A stretch of DNA of 64,000 nucleotides. It comes from Eledone cirrhosa (lineage: Eukaryota). The translations under genes and the position numbers were made by a program. Positions 34,001 to 47,800 of the stretch are shown here, one piece after another. Under the pieces are notes generated by a model. That model was not told the DNA's origin and did no database searches. It was given only the letters and a program-made list of their open reading frames with translations. Position 1 is the stretch's first letter, and the number at the start of each line of letters is the position of its first letter. The DNA lies in NCBI GenBank assembly GCA_964016885.1, contig CAXHJY010000264.1:186001-250000 (forward strand), written 5' to 3'.

Positions 34001-37000
34001 GTGTAGTGTAGTGTGGTGTAGTGTAGATTAGTGTGGTGTAGAGTGGTGTGGTGTAATGTGGTGTAGTGTAGTGTGGTGTAGTGTTGTGTGGTGTAGAGTA
34101 GTGTGGTGTGGTATAGTGTAGTGTGGTGTAGTGTAGCGTGGTGTAGTGTAGTGTAGTGTGGTGTGGTGTAATATAGTGTAGTGTTGTGTAGTATGGTGTG
34201 GTGTAGAGTAGTGTGTTGTAGTGTGGTGTGGTATAATGTGGTGTAGTGTAGTGTGGTGTAGTGTAGAGTAGTGTGGTGTAATGTGGTGTGGTGTAATGTG
34301 GTGTAGTGTAGTGTGGTGTAGTGTAGAGTAGTGTGGTGTAGTGTGGTATGGTATAGTGTAGTGTGGTGTAGTGTAGAGTGGTGTAGTGTGGTGTACTGTA
34401 GTGTGGTGTAGTGTTGTGTGGTGCAGTGTAGAGTAGAGTGGTGTAGTGTGGTGTGGTATAGTGTAGTGTGGTGTAGTGTAGTGTGGTGTAGTGTAGTGTA
34501 GTGTGGTGTAGTGTAGTGTGGTGTAGTGTGGTGTGGTATAACGTGCTGTATTGTAGTGTAGTGTAGTGTAGAGTAGTGTAGTGTGGTGTGGTGTGGTGTA
34601 ATGTGGCGTAGTGTAGTGTGGTGTAGTGTGGTATGGTATAGTGTAGTGGGGTGTAGTGTAGTGTGGTGTAGTGTAGTGTGGTGTAGTGTAGTGTGGTGTA
34701 GTGAAGAGTAGTGTGGTGTAGTGTGGTGTGGTGTAGTGTAGTGTGGTGTAGTGTAGTGTAGTGTGGTGTAGTGTAGCGTGGTGTAGTGTAGTGTATTGTT
34801 GTGTGGTTTAATGTAGTGTAGTGTAGTGTGGTGTAGTGTGGTGAAGTGTGGTGTAGTGTGGTGTGGTGTAGAGTAGTGTGGTGTAGAGTGGTGTGGTATA
34901 ATGTGGTGTAGTGTTGTGTGTTGTAGTGTAGTGTGGTGTGGTGTAGTGTAGAGTAGTGTGGTGTAGTGTGGTGTGGTGTAATGTGGTGTAGTGTAGTGTG
35001 GTGTAGTGTGGAGTAGTGTGGTGTAATGTGGTGTAGTGTGGTGTAGTGTAGTGTAGCGTGGTGTAGTGTAGCATGGTGTGGTGTGGTGTGGTGTGTGGTG
35101 TAGTGTAGTGTAGTGTGGTGTAGTGTTGTGTGGTGTGGTGTAGTGTAGAGTAGTGCGGTGTGGTGTGGTGTAGTGAAGTGTGGTGTAGTGTAGTGTAGTG
35201 TAGTGTGGTGTATTGTAGCGTGGTGTAGTGTAGTGTAGTGTGGTGTGGTGCGGTGTAGTGTAGTGTAGTGTAGTGTAGTGTAGTGTAGTGTAGTGTAGTG
35301 TAGTGTAGTGTAGTGTAGTGTAGTGTAGTGTAGTGTAGTGTATTGTAGTGTAGTGTGGTATGGTGTAGTGTAGTGTAGTGTAGTGTAGTGTCGTATAGAG
35401 TAGTGTAGTGTGGTGTAGTGTTGTGTGGTGTGTGTATTGTAGTGTAGTGTAGTGTAGTGTAGTGTAGTGTAGTGTAGTGTAGTGTAGTGTAGTGTAGTGT
35501 AGTGTAGAGTAGTGTGGTGTAGTGTAGTGTAATGTGGTGTAGTGTAGTGTAATGTGGTGTAGTGTGGTGTAGTCTAGTGTGGTGTAGTGTAGCGTGGCGT
35601 AGTGTAGCGTGGTGTAGTGTGGTGTGGTGTAATGTAGTGTGGTGTAGAGTAGTGTGGTGTAGTGTTGGTGTGGTATAATGTGGTGTTGTGTAGTGTAGTG
35701 TGGTGTAGTGTAGATTAGTGTGGTGTAGTGTGGTGTGGTGTAATGTGGTGTAGTGTGGTGTGGTGTAATGTGGTGTGGTGTTTGTGGTGAAGTGTGGTGT
35801 AGTGTAGTGCAGTGTAGTGTTGTGTGGTGTAGTGTAGTGTAGTGTAGTGTGGTGTGGTGTACTGTAGTGTAGTGTGGTGTAGTGTGGCAGGGTGTGGTGT
35901 AGTGTGGTGTAGTGTGGTGTAGTGTGGTGTAGTGTTGTGTGGTGTAATGTGGTGTGGTGTGGTGTAGTGTAGTGTGGTGTAGTGTAGTGTAGTGTAGTGT
36001 GGTGTAGTGTAGCGTGGTGTAGTGTAGTGTATTGTTGTGTGGTTTAATGTAGTGTAGTGTAGTGTGGTGTAGTGTGGTGAAGTGTGGTGTAGTGTGGTGT
36101 GGTGTAGAGTAGTGTGGTGTAGTGTAGTGTAGTGTAGTGTATTGTAGTGTAGTGTGGTATGGTGTAGTGTAGTGTAGTGTAGTGTAGTGTCGTATAGAGT
36201 AGTGCGGTGTAGTGTAGCGTGGTGTAGTGTAGTGTAGTGTAGTGTAGTGTAGTGTAGTGTAGTGTAGTGTAGTGTAGTGTAGTGTAGTGTAGTGTAGTGT
36301 AGTGTAGTGTAGAGTAGTGTGGTGTAGTGTAGTGTAATGTGGTGTAGTGTAGTGTAATGTGGTGTAGTGTGGTGTAGTCTAGTGTGGTGTAGTGTAGCGT
36401 GGCGTAGTGTAGCGTGGTGTAGTTTGGTGTGGTGTAATGTAGTGTGGTGTAGAGTAGTGTGGTGTAGTGTTGGTGTGGTATAATGTGGTGTTGTGTAGTG
36501 TAGTGTGGTGTAGTGTAGATTAGTGTGGTGTAGTGTGGTGTGGTGTAATGTGGTGTAGTGTGGTGTGGTGTAATGTGGTGTGGTGTTTGTGGTGAAGTGT
36601 GGTGTAGTGTAGTGCAGTGTAGTGTTGTGTGGTGTAGTGTAGTGTAGTGTAGTGTGGTGTGGTGTACTGTAGTGTAGTGTGGTGTAGTGTGGCAGGGTGT
36701 GGTGTAGTGTGGTGTAGTGTGGTGTAGTGTTGTGTGGTGTAATGTGGTGTGGTGTGGTGTAGTGTAGTGTGGTGTAGTGTAGTGTAGTGTAGTGTGGTGT
36801 AGTGTAGCCTGGTGTAGTGTAGTGTATTGTTGTGTGGTTTAATGTAGTGTAGTGTAGTGTGGTGTAGTGTGGAGTAGTGTGGTGTAATGTGGTGTGGTGT
36901 GGTGTAGTGTGGTGTAGTGTAGTTTAGCGTGGTGTAGTGTAGCATGGTGTGGTGTGGTGTGGTGTGTGGTGTAGTGTAGTGTAGTGTGGTGTAGTGTTGT

Positions 37001-40000
37001 GTGGTGTGGTGTAGTGTAGAGTAGTGCGGTGTGGTGTGGTGTAGTGAAGTGTGGTGTAGTGTAGTGTAGTGTGGTGTATTGTAGCGTGGTGTAGTGTAGT
37101 GTAGTGTAGTGTGGTGTAGTGTAGAGTAGTGTGGTGTAATGTGGTGTGGTGTAATGTGGTGTAGTGTAGTGTGGTGTAGTGTAGAGTAGTGTGGTGTAGT
37201 GTGGTATGGTATAGTGTAGTGTGGTGTAGTGTAGAGTGGTGTAGTGTGGTGTAGTGTAGTGTGGTGTAGTGTTGTGTGGTGCAGTGTAGAGTAGAGTGGT
37301 GTAGTGTGGTGTGGTATAGTGTAGTGTGGTGTAGTGTAGTGTGGTGTAGTGTAGTGTGGTGTAGTGTGGTGTGGTATAACGTGCTGTATTGTAGTGTAGT
37401 GTAGTGTAGAGTAGAGTAGTGTGGTGTAATGTGGCGTAGTGTAGTGTGGTGTAGAGTAGAGTAGTGTGGTGTAGTGTGGTGTAGTGTAGTGTGGTGTGGT
37501 GTAGTGAAGAGTAGTGTGGTGTAGTGTGGTGTGGTGTGGTGTAGTGTAGCGTGGTGTAGTGTGGTGTGGTGTAGTGTAGAGTAGTGTGGTGTAGTGTAGA
37601 GTAGTGCGGTGTGGTGTGGTGTAGTGAAGTGTGGTGTAGTGTAGTGTAGTGTGGTGTATTGTAGCGTGGTGTAGTGTAGTGTAGTGTGGTGTGGTGCAGT
37701 GTAATGTAGTGTGGTGTGGTGTGGTGTAGTGTAGTGTAGTGTAGTGTAGTGTAGTGTAGTGTAGTGTAGTGTAGTGTAGTGTAGTGTAGTGTAGTGTAGT
37801 GTAGTGTAGTGTAGTGTAGTGTAGTGTAGTGTAGTGTAGTGTGGTGTGGTGTGATGTGGTGTAGTGTAGTGTAGTGTGTTGTGGTGTAGTGTAGAGTAGT
37901 GTGGTGTAGTGTGGTGTAATGTGGTGTGGTGTGGTGTAGTGTAGTGTAGTGTAGTGTAGTGTAGTGTAGTGTAGTGTAGTGTAGTGTAGTGTAGTGTAGT
38001 GTAGTGTAGTGTAGTGTGGTATGGTGTAGTGTAGTGTAGTGTCGTATAGAGTAGTGTAGTGTGGTGTAGTGTTGTGTGGTGTGTGTATTGTAGAGTAGTG
38101 CGGTGTAGTGTAGCGTGGTGTAGTGTAGTGTAGTGTAGTGTAGTGTAGTGTAGTGTAGTGTAGTGTGGTGTAGTGTAGAGTAGTGTGGTGTAGTGTAGTG
38201 TAATGTGGTGTGGTGTGGTGTAGTCTAGTGTGGTGTAGTGTAGCGTGGCGTAGTGTAGCGTGGTGTAGTGTGGTGTGGTGTAATGTAGTGTGGTGTAGTG
38301 TGGTGTGGTGTAATGTAGTGTGGTGTAGAGTAGTGTGGTGTAGTGTTGGTGTGGTATAATGTGGTGTTGTGTAGTGTAGTGTGGTGTAGTGTAGATTAGT
38401 GTTGTGTAGTGTGGTGTGGTGTAATGTGGTGTAGTGTGGTGTAATGTTGTGTGGTGTAGAGTAGTGTGGTGTGGTATAGTGTAGTGTGGTGTAGTGTAGC
38501 GTGGTGTAGTGTAGTGTAGTGTGGTGTGGTGTAATATAGTGTAGTGTTGTGTAGTATGGTGTGGTGTAGAGTAGTGTGGTATAATGTGGTGTAGTGTAGT
38601 GTGGTGTAGTGTAGAGTAGTGTGGTGTAATGTGGTGTGGTGTAATGTGGTGTAGTGTAGTGTGGTGTAGTGTAGAGTAGTGTGGTGTAGTGTGGTATGGT
38701 ATAGTGTAGTGTGGTGTAGTGTAGAGTGGTGTAGTGTGGTGTAGTGTAGTGTGGTGTAGTGTTGTGTGGTGCAGTGTAGGGGTAGAGTGGTGTAGTGTGG
38801 TGTGGTATAGTGTAGTGTGGTGTAGTGTAGTGTGGTGTGGTGTAGTGTAGTGTAGTGTGGTGTAGTGTGGTGTAGTGTGGTGTGGTATAACGTGCTGTAT
38901 TGTAGTGTAGTGTAGAGTAGTGTGGTGTGGTGTAATGTGGCGTAGTGTAGTGTGGTGTAGAGTAGAGTAGTGTGGTGTAGTGTGGTATGGTATAGTGTAG
39001 TGTGGTGTAGTGTAGTGTGGTGTAGTGTAGTGTGGTGTAGTGTAGTGTGGTGTGGTGTAGTGAAGAGTAGTGTGGTGTAGTGTGGTGTGGTGTGGTGTAG
39101 TGTAGCGTGGTGTAGTGTGGTGTGGTGTAGTGTAGAGTTGTGTGGTGTGGTGTAGTGTAGAGTAGTGCGGTGTGGTGTGGTGTAGTGAAGTGTGGTGTAG
39201 TGTAGTGTAGTGTGGTGTATTGTAGCGTGGTGTAGTGTAGTGTAGTGTGGTGTGGTGCAGTGTAATGTAGTGTGGTGTGGTGTGGTGTGGTGTGGTGTGG
39301 TGTGGTGTGGTGTAGTGTAGTGTAGTGTAGTGTAGTGTAGTGTAGTGTAGTGTAGTGTAGTGTAGTGTAGTGTAGTGTAGTGTGGTGTGGTGCGGTGTGG
39401 TGTAGTGTAGTGTAGTGTGTTGTGGTGTAGTGTAGAGTAGTGTGGTGTAGTGTGGTGTAATGTGGTGTGGTGTGGTGTAGTGTGGTGTAGTGTAGTGTAG
39501 TGTAGTGTAGTGTAGTGTAGTGTAGTGTAGTGTAGTGTAGTGTAGTGTAGTGTAGTGTAGTGTAGTGTGGTGTAATGTAGTGTAGTGTGGTGTAGTGTGG
39601 TGTAGTGTAGTATGGTGTGGTGTAGAGTAGTGTGGTGTAGTGTAGTGTGGTGTGGTGTAATGTGGTGTAGTTTAGTGTGGTGTAGTGTGGAGTAGTGTGG
39701 TGTAATGTGGTGTGGTGTGGTGTAGTGTGGTGTAGTGTAGTGTAGCGTGGTGTAGTGTAGCGTGGTGTGGTGTGGTGCGGTGTGTGGTGTAGTGTAGTGT
39801 AGTGTGGTGTAGTGTTTTGTGGTGTGGTGAAGTGTAGAGTAGTGCGGTGTGGTGTGGTGTAGTGTAATGTGGTGTAGTGTAGTGTAGTGTGGTGTATTGT
39901 AGCGTGGTGTGGTGTAGTGTGGTGTGGTGTGGTGTGGTGTAGTGTGGTGTGGTGTGGTGTAGTGTGGTATGGTATAGTGTAGTGTGGTGTAGTGTAGAGT

Positions 40001-43000
40001 GGTGTAGTGTGGTGTAGTGTAGTGTGGTGTAGTGTTGTGTGGTGTAGTGTAGAGTAGAGTAGTGTGGTGTAATGTGGCGTAGTGTAGTGTGGTGTAGAGT
40101 AGAGTAGTGTGGTGTAGTGTGGTGTAGCGTAGTGTGGTGTGGTGTAGTGAAGAGTAGTGTGGTGTAGTGTGGTGTGGTGTGGTGTAGTGTAGCGTGGTGT
40201 AGTGTGGTGTGGTGTAGTGTAGAGTAGTGTGGTGTGGTGTAGTGTAGAGTAGTGCGGTGTGGTGTGGTGTAGTGAAGTGTGGTGTAGTGTAGTGTAGTGT
40301 GGTGTATTGTAGCGTGGTGTAGTGTAGTGTGGTGTGGTGCAGTGTAATGTAGTGTAGTGTAGTGTAGTGTAGTGTAGTGTAGTGTAGTGTAGTGTAGTGT
40401 AGTGTAGTGTAGTGTAGTGTAGTGTAGTGTAGTGTAGTGTAGTGTAGTGTGGTGTGGTGTGATGTGGTGTAGTGTAGTGTAGTGTGTTGTGGTGTAGTGT
40501 AGAGTAGTGTGGTGTAGTGTGGTGTGGTGTAGTGTAGTGTAGTGTAGTGTAGTGTAGTGTAGTGTAGTGTAGTGTAGTGTAGTGTGGTATGGTGTAGTGT
40601 AGTGTAGTGTAGTGTAGTGTCGTATAGAGTAGTGTAGTGTGGTGTAGTGTTGTGTGTATTGTAGAGTAGTGCGGTGTAGTGTAGCGTGGTGTAGTGTAGT
40701 GTAGTGTAGTGTAGTGTAGTGTAGTGTAGTGTAGTGTGGTGTAGTGTAGAGTAGTGTGGTGTAGTGTAGTGTAATGTGGTGTGGTGTGGTGTAGTCTAGT
40801 GTGGTGTAGTGTAGCGTGGCGTAGTGTAGCGTGGTGAAGTGTGGTGTGGTGTAATGTAGTGTGGTGTAGTGTGGTGTGGTGTAATGTAGTGTGGTGTAGA
40901 GTAGTGTGGTGTAGTGTTGGTGTGGTATAATGTGGTGTTGTGTAGTGTAGTGTGGTGTAGTGTAGATTAGTGTTGTGTAGTGTGGTGTGGTGTAATGTGG
41001 TGTAGTGTAGTGTGGTGTAATGTTGTGTGGTGTAGAGTAGTGTGGTGTGGTATAGTGTAGTGTGGTGTAGTGTAGCGTGGTGTAGTGTAGTGTAGTGTGG
41101 TGTGGTGTAATATAGTGTAGTGTTGTGTAGTATGGTGTGGTGTAGAGTAGTGTGGTATAATGTGGTGTAGTGTAGTGTGGTGTAGAGTAGTGTGGTGTAA
41201 TGTGGTGTGGTGTAATGTGGTGTAGTGTAGTGTGGTGTAGTGTAGAGTAGTGTGGTGTAGTGTGGTATGGTATAGTGTAGTGTGGTGTAGTGTAGAGTGG
41301 TGTAGTGTGGTGTAGTGTAGTGTGGTGTAGTGTTGTGTGGTGCAGTGTAGGGGTAGAGTGGTGTAGTGTGGTGTGGTATAGTGTGGTGTAGTGTAGTGTG
41401 GTGTGGTGTAGTGTAGTGTAGTGTGGTGTAGTGTGGTGTAGTGTGGTGTGGTATAACGTGCTGTATTGTAGTGTAGTGTAGTGTAGAGTAGTGTAGTGTG
41501 GTGTGGTGTAATGTGGTGTAGTGTAGTGTGGTGTAGAGTAGAGTAGTGTGGTGTAGTGTGGTATGGTATAGTGTAGTGTGGTGTAGTGTAGTGTGGTGTA
41601 GTGTAGTGTGGTGTAGGGTAGTGTGGTGTGGTGTAGTGAAGAGTAGTGTGGTGTAGTGTGGTGTGGTGTGGTGTAGTGTAGCGTGGTGTAGTGTGGTGTG
41701 GTGTAGTGTAGAGTTGTGTGGTGTGGTGTAGTGTAGAGTAGTGCGGTGTGGTGTGGTGTAGTGAAGTGTGGTGTAGTGTAGTGTAGTGTGGTGTATTGTA
41801 GCGTGGTGTAGTGTAGTGTAGTGTGGTGTGGTGCAGTGTAATGTAGTGTGGCGTGGTGTGGTGTGGTGTGGTGTGGTGTAGTGTAGTGTAGTGTAGTGTA
41901 GTGTAGTGTAGTGTAGTGTAGTGTAGTGTAGTGTAGTGTAGTGTAGTGTAGTGTAGTGTAGTGTAGTGTAGTGTAGTGTAGTGTAGTGTAGTGTAGTGTA
42001 GTGTAGTGTAGTGTGGTGTGGTGTAGTGTAGTGTAGTGTAGTGTAGTGTAGTGTGGTGTGGTGTGGTGTAGTGTAGTGTAGTGTGTTGTGGTGTAGTGTA
42101 GAGTAGTGTGGTGTAGTGTGGTGTAATGTGGTGTGGTGTGGTGTAGTGTGGTGTAGTGTAGTGTAGTGTAGTGTAGTGTAGTGTAGTGTAGTGTAGTGTA
42201 GTGTAGTGTAGTGTAGTGTAGTGTAGTGTAGTGTAGTGTAGTGTAGTGTAGTGTAGTGTAGTGTAGTGTAGTGTAGTGTGGTGTGGTGTAATGTAGTGTA
42301 GTGTGGTGTAGTGTGGTGTAGTGTAGTATGGTGTGGTGTAGAGTAGTGTGGTGTAGTGTAGTGTGGTGTGGTGTAATGTGGTGTAGTGTAGTGTGGTGTA
42401 GTGTGGAGTAGTGTGGTGTAATGTGGTGTGGTGTGGTGTAGTGTGGTGTAGTGCAGTGTAGCGTGGTGTGGTGTGGTGCGGTGTGTGGTGTAGTGTAGTG
42501 TAGTGTGGTGTAGTGTTTTGTGGTGTGGTGAAGTGTAGAGTAGTGCGGTGTGGTGTGGTGTAGTGTAATGTGGTGTAGTGTAGTGTAGTGTGGTGTATTG
42601 TAGCGTGGTGTGGTGTAGTGTAGTGTAGTGTAGTGTGGTGTGGTGTGGTGTGGTGTGGTGTGGTGTGGTGTGGTGTGGTGTGGTGTGGTGTGGTGTGGTG
42701 TGGTGTGGTGTGGTGTGGTGTGGTGTGGTGTAGTGTAGTGTAGTGTAGTCTCGTATAGAGTAGTGTAGTGTGGTGTAGTGTTGTGTGGTGTGTATATTGT
42801 AGAGTAGTGCGGTGTAGTGTAGCGTGGTGTAGTGTAGTGTAGTGTAGTGTAGTGTAGTGTAGTGTAGTGTAGTGTAGTGTAGTGTAGTGCAGTGTAGTGT
42901 AGTGTGGTGTAGTGTAGTGTAGTGTAGTGTATTGTGGTGTGGTGTGGTGTAGTGTAGTGTAGTTTGGTGTGGTGTAGTGTAGTGTAGTGTAGTATAGTGT

Positions 43001-44899
43001 AGTGTAGTCTTGTGTAGTGTAGTGTAGTGTAGTGTAGTGTAGTGTAGTGTAGTGTACTGTAGTGTAGTGTAGTGTAGTGTTGTGTGGTGTAGTGTAGTGT
43101 GGTGGGGTGTAGTGTGGTGTGGTGTAGTGTGGTGCAGTGTAGTGTAGTGTAGTGTAGTGTAGTGTAGAGTGGTGTGGTGTAGTGTAGTGTAGTGTAGTGT
43201 AGTGTAGTGTGGTGTGGTGTAGTGAAGTGTAGTGTAGTGTGGTGTGGTGCAGTGTAGTGTAGTTTAGTGTAGTGTGGTGTAGTGTGTAGTGTAGTGTAGT
43301 GTAGTGTAGTGTAGTGTAGTGTAGTGTAGTGTAGTGTAGTATAGTGTAGTGTGGTGTAGTGTAGGGTAGTGTGGTGTAGTGCAGCGTGATGTAGTGTAGT
43401 GTAGTGTAGTGTAGTGTAGTGTAGTGTAGTGTAATGTAGTGTAGTGTAGTGTAGTGTAGTGTAGTGTGGTGTAGTGTAGAGTAGTGTGGTGTAGTGCAGC
43501 GTGATGTAGTGTAGTGTGGTATAGTGTAGTGTGGTGTGGTGTGGTATAGTGTAGTGTGGTGTAGTGTAGTGTAGTGTGGTGTAGTGTAGCGTGGTGTAGT
43601 GAGTGTAGTGTAGTGTGGTGTGGTGTAATGTAGTGTACTGTAGTGTGGTGTGGTGAGGTGTGGTGTGGTGTGGTGTGGTGTAGTGTAGTGTAGTGTGGTG
43701 TGGTGTAATGTGTTGTCGTGTAGTATGGTGTAGTGTGGTGTAATGTGGTGTAGTGTGGTGTAGTGTAGTGCAGCGTGGTGTAGTGTAGTGTGGTGTGGTG
43801 TGTGGTGTAGTGTAGTGTAGTGTAGTGTAGTGTAGTGTAGTGTAGTGTAGTGTAGTGTAGTGTAGTGTAGTGTAGTGTAGTGTAGTGTAGTGTAGTGTAG
43901 TGTAGTGTAGTGTGGTGTGGTGTGATGTGGTGTAGTGTAGTGTAGTGTGTTGTGGTGTAGTGTAGAGTAGTGTGGTGTAGTGTGGTGTGGTGTAGTGTAG
44001 TGTAGTGTAGTGTAGTGTAGTGTAGTGTAGTGTAGTGTGGTATGGTGTAGTGTAGTGTAGTGTAGTGTCGTATAGAGTAGTGTAGTGTGGTGTAGTGTTG
44101 TGTGTATTGTAGAGTAGTGCGGTGTAGTGTAGCGTGGTGTAGTGTAGTGTAGTGTAGTGTAGTGTAGTGTAGTGTAGTGTAGTGTGGTGTAGTGTAGAGT
44201 AGTGTGGTGTAGTGTAGTGTAATGTGGTGTGGTGTGGTGTAGTCTAGTGTGGTGTAGTGTAGCGTGGCGTAGTGTAGCGTGGTGAAGTGTGGTGTGGTGT
44301 AATGTAGTGTGGTGTAGTGTGGTGTGGTGTAATGTAGTGTGGTGTAGAGTAGTGTGGTGTAGTGTTGGTGTGGTATAATGTGGTGTTGTGTAGTGTAGTG
44401 TGGTGTAGTGTAGATTAGTGTTGTGTAGTGTGGTGTGGTGTAATGTGGTGTAGTGTAGTGTGGTGTAATGTTGTGTGGTGTAGAGTAGTGTGGTGTGGTA
44501 TAGTGTAGTGTGGTGTAGTGTAGCGTGGTGTAGTGTAGTGTAGTGTGGTGTGGTGTAATATAGTGTAGTGTTGTGTAGTATGGTGTGGTGTAGAGTAGTG
44601 TGGTATAATGTGGTGTAGTGTAGTGTGGTGTAGAGTAGTGTGGTGTAATGTGGTGTGGTGTAATGTGGTGTAGTGTAGTGTGGTGTAGTGTAGAGTAGTG
44701 TGGTGTAGTGTGGTATGGTATAGTGTAGTGTGGTGTAGTGTAGAGTGGTGTAGTGTGGTGTAGTGTAGTGTGGTGTAGTGTTGTGTGGTGCAGTGTAGGG
44801 GTAGAGTGGTGTAGTGTGGTGTGGTATAGTGTGGTGTAGTGTAGTGTGGTGTGGTGTAGTGTAGTGTAGTGTGGTGTAGTGTGGTGTAGTGTGGTGTGG

Positions 44900-47800
44900 T
44901 ATAACGTGCTGTAGTGTAGTGTAGTGTAGTGTAGAGTAGTGTAGTGTGGTGTGGTGTAATGTGGTGTAGTGTAGTGTGGTGTAGAGTAGAGTAGTGTGGT
45001 GTAGTGTGGTATGGTATAGTGTAGTGTGGTGTAGTGTAGTGTGGTGTAGTGTAGTGTGGTGTAGTGTAGTGTGGTGTGGTGTAGTGAAGAGTAGTGTGGT
45101 GTAGTGTGGTGTGGTGTGGTGTAGTGTAGCGTGGTGTAGTGTGGTGTGGTGTAGTGTAGAGTTGTGTGGTGTGGTGTAGTGTAGAGTAGTGCGGTGTGGT
45201 GTGGTGTAGTGAAGTGTGGTGTAGTGTAGTGTAGTGTGGTGTATTGTAGCGTGGTGTAGTGTAGTGTAGTGTGGTGTGGTGCAGTGTAATGTAGTGTGGC
45301 GTGGTGTGGTGTGGTGTGGTGTAGTGTAGTGTAGTGTAGTGTAGTGTAGTGTAGTGTAGTGTAGTGTAGTGTAGTGTAGTGTAGTGTAGTGTAGTGTAGT
45401 GTAGTGTAGTGTAGTGTAGTGTAGTGTAGTGTAGTGTAGTGTAGTGTAGTGTAGTGTAGTGTAGTGTAGTGTGGTGTAGTGTAGTGTAGTGTAGTGTAGT
45501 GTAGTGTGGTGTGGTGTGGTGTAGTGTAGTGTAGTGTGTTGTGGTGTAGTGTAGAGTAGTGTGGTGTAGTGTGGTGTAATGTGGTGTGGTGTGGTGTAGT
45601 GTGGTGTAGTGTAGTGTAGTGTAGTGTAGTGTAGTGTAGTGTAGTGTAGTGTAGTGTAGTGTAGTGTAGTGTAGTGTAGTGTAGTGTAGTGTAGTGTAGT
45701 GTAGTGTGGTGTGGTGTAATGTAGTGTAGTGTGGTGTAGTGTGGTGTAGTGTAGTATGGTGTGGTGTAGAGTAGTGTGGTGTAGTGTAGTGTGGTGTGGT
45801 GTAATGTGGTGTAGTGTAGTGTGGTGTAGTGTGGAGTAGTGTGGTGTAATGTGGTGTGGTGTAGTGTGGTGTAGTGCAGTGTAGCGTGGTGTGGTGTGGT
45901 GCGGTGTGTGGTGTAGTGTAGTGTAGTGTGGTGTAGTGTTTTGTGGTGTGGTGAAGTGTAGAGTAGTGCGGTGTGGTGTGGTGTAGTGTAATGTGGTGTA
46001 GTGTAGTGTAGTGTGGTGTATTGTAGCGTGGTGTGGTGTAGTGTAGTGTAGTGTAGTGTGGTGTGGTGTGGTGTGGTGTGGTGTGGTGTGGTGTGGTGTG
46101 GTGTGGTGTGGTGTGGTGTGGTGTGGTGTGGTGTGGTGTGGTGTGGTGTGGTGTGGTGTGGTGTGGTGTAGTGTAGTGTAGTGTAGTCTCGTATAGAGTA
46201 GTGTAGTGTGGTGTAGTGTTGTGTGGTGTGTATATTGTAGAGTAGTGCGGTGTAGTGTAGCGTGGTGTAGTGTAGTGTAGTGTAGTGTAGTGTAGTGTAG
46301 TGTAGTGTAGTGTAGTGTAGTGTAGTGCAGTGTAGTGTAGTGTGGTGTAGTGTAGTGTAGTGTAGTGTATTGTGGTGTGGTGTGGTGTAGTGTAGTGTAG
46401 TTTGGTGTGGTGTAGTGTAGTGTAGTGTAGTATAGTGTAGTGTAGTCTTGTGTAGTGTAGTGTAGTGTAGTGTAGTGTAGTGTAGTGTAGTGTAGTGTAG
46501 TGTAGTGTACTGTAGTGTAGTGTAGTGTAGTGTTGTGTGGTGTAGTGTAGTGTGGTGGGGTGTAGTGTGGTGTGGTGTAGTGTGGTGCAGTGTAGTGTAG
46601 TGTAGTGTAGTGTAGTGTAGTGTAGAGTGGTGTGGTGTAGTGTAGTGTAGTGTAGTGTAGTGTAGTGTGGTGTGGTGTAGTGAAGTGTAGTGTAGTGTGG
46701 TGTGGTGCAGTGTAGTGTAGTTTAGTGTAGTGTGGTGTAGTGTGTAGTGTAGTGTAGTGTAGTGTAGTGTAGTGTAGTGTAGTGTAGTGTAGTGTAGTAT
46801 AGTGTAGTGTGGTGTAGTGTAGGGTAGTGTGGTGTAGTGCAGCGTGATGTAGTGTAGTGTAGTGTAGTGTAGTGTAGTGTAGTGTAGTGTAGTGTAATGT
46901 AGTGTAGTGTAGTGTAGTGTAGTGTAGTGTGGTGTAGTGTAGAGTAGTGTGGTGTAGTGCAGCGTGATGTAGTGTAGTGTGGTGTAGTGTGGTATAGTGT
47001 AGTGTGGTGTGGTGTGGTATAGTGTAGTGTGGTGTAGTGTAGTGTAGTGTGGTGTAGTGTAGCGTGGTGTAGTGAGTGTAGTGTAGTGTGGTGTGGTGTA
47101 ATGTAGTGTACTGTAGTGTGGTGTGGTGAGGTGTGGTGTGGTGTGGTGTGGTGTAGTGTAGTGTAGTGTGGTGTGGTGTAATGTGTTGTCGTGTAGTATG
47201 GTGTAGTGTGGTGTAATGTGGTGTAGTGTGGTGTAGTGTAGTGCAGCGTGGTGTAGTGTAGTGTGGTGTGGTGTGTGGTGTAGTGTAGTGTAGTGTAGTG
47301 TAGTGTAGTGTAGTGTAGTGTAGTGTGGTGTAGTGTAGTGTAGTGTGGTGTAGTGTAGTGTGGTGTGGTGTATAGTAATGTGGTGTAGTGTGGTGTGGTG
47401 TAATGTGGTGTGGTGTTTGTGGTGTAGTGTAGTGCAGTGTAGTGTTGTGTGGTGTAGTGTAGTGTAGTGTGGTGTGGTGTACTGTAGTGTAGTGTGGTGT
47501 AGTGTGGTGTAGTGTGGTGTAGTGTGGTGTAGTGTTGTGTGGTGTAATGTGGTGTGGTGTGGTGTAGTGTAGTGTGGTGTAGTGTAGTGTAGTGTGGTGT
47601 AGCGTGGTGTAGTGTAGTGTATTGTTGTGTGGTTTAATGTAGTGTAGTGTGGTGTAGTGTGGTGAAGTGTGGTGTAGTGTGGTGTGGTGTAGAGTAGTGT
47701 GGTGTAGTGTGGTGTGGTAGAATGTGGTGTAGTGTTGTGTGTTGTAGTGTAGTGTGGTGTGGTGTAGTGTAGAGTAGTGTGGTGTAGTGTGGTGTGGTGT